Assembly (NCBI RefSeq): GCF_001194135.2
Contig: NC_068990.1
Span: 80,652,069-80,689,501 of the forward strand
Direction: 5' to 3'
DNA from: Octopus bimaculoides
Taxonomy: Eukaryota
Length of the DNA stretch: 37,433 bases
Every line of letters starts with the position of its first letter. Within the stretch, counting starts at the first letter, position 1. The notes under the pieces were generated by a model that saw only the letters and a program-made list of their open reading frames with translations, searched no databases and was not told the DNA's origin. Of this stretch, positions 33,751-37,433 are shown in pieces. A program made the position numbers and the translations under genes.

Positions 33751-34903
33751 ACGGTGAATAAAATTACATTCATGTCAAAATATTCATATAGAAAGTATAG
33801 AAATTTATAAGATTATTTCGGTGATAAGGAAAATAGGGAGAGGAGATGAGAGAGAGAGGGAGGTAATGTTGTATTTGTAATGGTAATAAAAGAGATTGAA
33901 ATAGATATGTTTGCAGATTCAGCATTCCTATGCAAACACGGAAACATACGCAAAAATATAGTCACACAAACACACACACGTACGCGCACACACGCACACA
34001 CGCATGCACACACATATAAAAACGCATAGCTTGGAATACATGAAAATATTTTCAAGTGCATATGAACGCAGCGTACCTGTGTCACATAGTACCAAATACG
34101 AATTCATAATTGGACTTATTGATATAAGTCGATATCTACATCATAGATTGAAAAATACTTTGATGTAATGACTATCACTTCTTTTAATCCCTCCGTATCG
34201 CTGACGTCCGTACAGTTAATGCTAAGGGGATAAAATATAGATCATTCTTTCATTCTTTAATGTGTGGTGAGGATAAGTCTCCAGACATATGTGTGATATA
34301 TTTCACGAGTGAAACATAGTAATTTGATTGGCTGGTCAATACATGTAACTTATTTCACAGCCAGCTATCGAGGAGAGTTAAGGACTAGTATTATTATAGT
34401 CTTCAATAATAAATACTGAATAAATAATATTTAGTGGCAGTAATTATAATCTGATCACAGTAAATTATGAGCTATATCTTGAATCAGGTAGATCGCAACT
34501 ATATGCGCGCGCTTGCGATGCTACAGATTATAATTGAGTTCTAGTAAAAAGACCGCCCTCCGAGCGGTTTTCTGCTAGCCTCTTGATAATATTAATATAA
34601 ATGTTTTTTTAAATTGCTAATATTTTCAAATGTAAAAGTGAGTGATTTAAGGGCGATTTGGCTGTTGTTTCTAGCACATCCAAAGATAACCCTCCTCGTT
34701 GCATTATCAGTTTTGCATGTATTGATGTTTATCAATATTTCGCCCATAAATACATTTGTATGCTAGGTACTCTTTCTTCCTTTCTAAACCTCGATAAGGA
34801 TCATATTTCTACTCGCTCCTAATCCCTTCGCAATTTTTATCTTCCAATCACTTTTTCTCTTTCACGTTTCTCCTATATTTTTCTTTTATATTATACTTTT
34901 GTT

Positions 34904-34934
34904 GTGATTAAGTACGGGCGTCCGAAACGTCGAG
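34904..34934 (+). ncRNA. Decayed hammerhead-like motif
   Basis: GUGAUUA-A-GUAC-GGGC-GUCC-GAAA-CGU-C: two core mismatches to CUGANGA, 3 of 4 pairs in stem II, ACGU palindrome, GUC triplet, poor stem I. Confidence 0.3.
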
Positions 34935-35034
34935 CCGCTTTGCTTGTCTTTTAAGTGTTAAAGCTAAAATAAATGTTTTCTGAAATTGTGTCCCATTTAT
35001 TGTCTTCTCTTATATTATGTTGCTTACTTTCACA

Positions 35035-35036
<2 letters not shown>

Positions 35037-35110
<74 letters not shown>
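35037..35110. repeat. (TG)n microsatellite
   Basis: Directly visible. Confidence 0.98.
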
Positions 35111-35111
<1 letters not shown>

Positions 35112-35890
35112 CGTGAGTGTATGTATTTATGTATGTTTGCTTTTATAGATATATGTGAATGCCTGTGTCCATATTTGTGTGTATGTGCTAATATAACATC
35201 ATTCGTGTAAAATAGCGAACTATAAAGTAACAGACTGAAATTAGTACTATTGTTACTTTAATATACTAAGAATCCATTAGATCCTTATGGGGCACCAGCA
35301 TAGCCATAATTCAATTACTGAAACCAGTGAAAGAATAAAAAAAAAAACCTAAAAGAATACATAAAATTGCCATAGCTTCTCACGTGGATGTTTCGTAGTA
35401 GATCTTGTAGTCAAAATAAGAGTTGTGTTATTTCAGAATATAAAAGGATTTCTATAAGTACATCCGATATCCAGTATGACCTAGAAATATCCATTGTATA
35501 GAAATTAATCTACTTCATATGTGTGATTCTGTGTGCTAATAAATTATTCTTAATTTCTCTCTTGACGCTTATTCATTATTAATTGCTTGAATGTTGTAAT
35601 GTGTACTCATATATCAAACAAGCACTGTTGTAATATTTATTAACATAACGAACTTCACACATATTTAAATGAACAAAACGAGAAAACTTCAAATGAATGT
35701 CTGAATATAACATTGTCTGTAGGAAACTGTCTTCTGAAATTTGGTTTAGAAAGCCACAGACATATTTAGGTAAAACACTTTCCATATAGTATGTATTAAA
35801 AAGAGGAATTATTGCAATGCATAATCACTTATAATGGTGGTTTAGTAAAAAAGAGGCTGGGATAAAATAAAGCAAACCACATGCATTACC

Positions 35891-36054
35891 GTGGCGAATT
35901 CTAAGGGTCGTTTCCGCGCCGGGCAAAAGCCTAAGCTGCATTTCGTCCGTCTTTCATCTTTTTGGGGTCGGTAAAATAAAGTACCAGTTGAGCACCGGGG
36001 TTCATAAAATTGACTTTCCTTCTCCCCTGAAATTTCTGGCCTTATGTCAGAATC
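35891..36054 (+). mobile_element. SINE family B copy with an internal deletion
   Basis: cgcgccgggcaaaagcctaagctgcatttcgtccgtctt|tcatctttttggggtcggtaaaataaagtaccagttgagcacc; about 40 bp including the B-box-like segment is missing relative to 26121-26341. Confidence 0.8.
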
Positions 36055-37334
36055 TGTGCCCAGTATTCCACACAAAATCTAATCTTATTTTACCTGTCAC
36101 TGAACACTAAACTGATGACGAAATACTACAATAACTAGTATAACTGATTCCGCCAGACTAGAATAACTGATTCAGTATTTATTGTGGCAAAGTAAGGAGA
36201 GAAAAGCGCGGTGCGTAAAACTTTATCAGTGGGGTTAGTAAGAAACTATTATTCGATCCACAGCCTGTACACAAGGCGAAAATCTCGTGCGAATACTTGA
36301 AATAGAATTAACAAAGACAAGTATGTAGTAGATAGTGTTGTTAAACTGGACGATGACTAAGTTTACAACATACATTATGAAGAGTAAATGTAAGACCAAT
36401 ATAAGAAAGAATTTACTTCGGAATATAAGATACAGTAGTGATGAGGAGAATTTAAAAATGAAACCAATTTCCTTTTGTTATTCTCGACTAAATTCAATGA
36501 CAATCTAATATTGTGGAAAATTACGTTACCACTTTCTTTTTAAACCATATTTCCCCTTAACTTCTAAATTACCTCTCAAAGAATATAGTAATTTTTTCGA
36601 AATATTCAAGGACTAAGATTTTTTCTTTTGAATAATATATTTTATTTAAAAGTATAATAAGCAAGGAATGATAAGTTAGGGACGATTGTCGAACATGGAA
36701 AGTTATCTACAAATCGAAGGCATTTAACAAATGTATCCTGTCAAATGTGAGTGAGAACGATTTTGAAGTAGGCAACAAAGTTTAACACTCAAGCAGGCTA
36801 TGTCTTGACTATAACTCACTACGAAAGGACCTGAAATAAATATCATAGAACCTCGTCCAATGCTCCAATGACTCAAAGCATATCTAATTGGTTCCATTTA
36901 GGATTGATCATATATTATAAATCATGGGCTCTGAAGAGCACTATGAAAGCAGGATGCATGACTGTTATTAAAATATAATACAATACAACATTATATATAT
37001 ATATATAAATATATATATAGATAAAAGTGTGTAGTTAATGATTTTAAATTTGCTTCGAAGGGGTAACATTTCTCAATGCAACAAATTATATTAAATTCCA
37101 CCTATCGCGAATATATTTCAAATCAAATGAATGTATAATTTGCTGTAGATCACAATCCTTTATCATAATTGATTGATCATTTATCAATAAAATCTATTCG
37201 TTTTTATAAATATTCAAATAATTTCAATGATAAAATAAATGATATTCTAAGCTAAGCATTGGTATTCATATAATGCTTAAGAAATGCGGTAAAAAGATAC
37301 ATGTATATAGAAACCAACAAAGAAATAAACAGAC

Positions 37335-37394
37335 ACACGTATATACATATACACATACATACATGCATATATATATGTATATATATATAAACAC

Positions 37395-37433
<39 letters not shown>
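37335..37433. repeat. (CA/TA)n then (GA)n microsatellite, running off the window end
   Basis: Directly visible. Confidence 0.96.

Noticed and set aside
36112-36124. CUGAUGA-C-GAAA
   Set aside because: Both core words are present, but there is no stem II and no stem III or stem I pairing.
1-37433. CRISPR arrays, operons or other prokaryotic systems
   Set aside because: No repeat-spacer periodicity and no gene-dense coding structure; the sequence is animal-like non-coding DNA.

Overview
AT-rich, microsatellite-dense eukaryotic DNA with four N-gaps (1594-1938, 11023-11032, 25057-25539, 29408-30040). The repeat families look like those of Octopus (inference from memory, not a database match). 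I found no supportable host protein-coding gene: most listed ORFs are microsatellite or gap artefacts, and the rest are transposon relics or unassignable. The window holds (i) about ten copies or fragments of three tRNA-derived SINE-type families, here called A, B and C; (ii) three R4/Dong-type LINE 3' fragments attached to (TAA)n tracts, two of them stacked head-to-tail; (iii) two mariner transposase relics; (iv) heavily decayed Penelope-like and other LINE reverse-transcriptase relics; (v) a 333-bp near-perfect foldback palindrome. The most interesting signal is a set of unrelated minimal type-I hammerhead-ribozyme-like motifs with palindromic stem III. One is almost canonical (6306-6357) and three are progressively decayed (18463-18498, 9017-9067, 34904-34934). 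This is the architecture known from Penelope-like elements and retrozymes. All alignments and pairings were done by eye.
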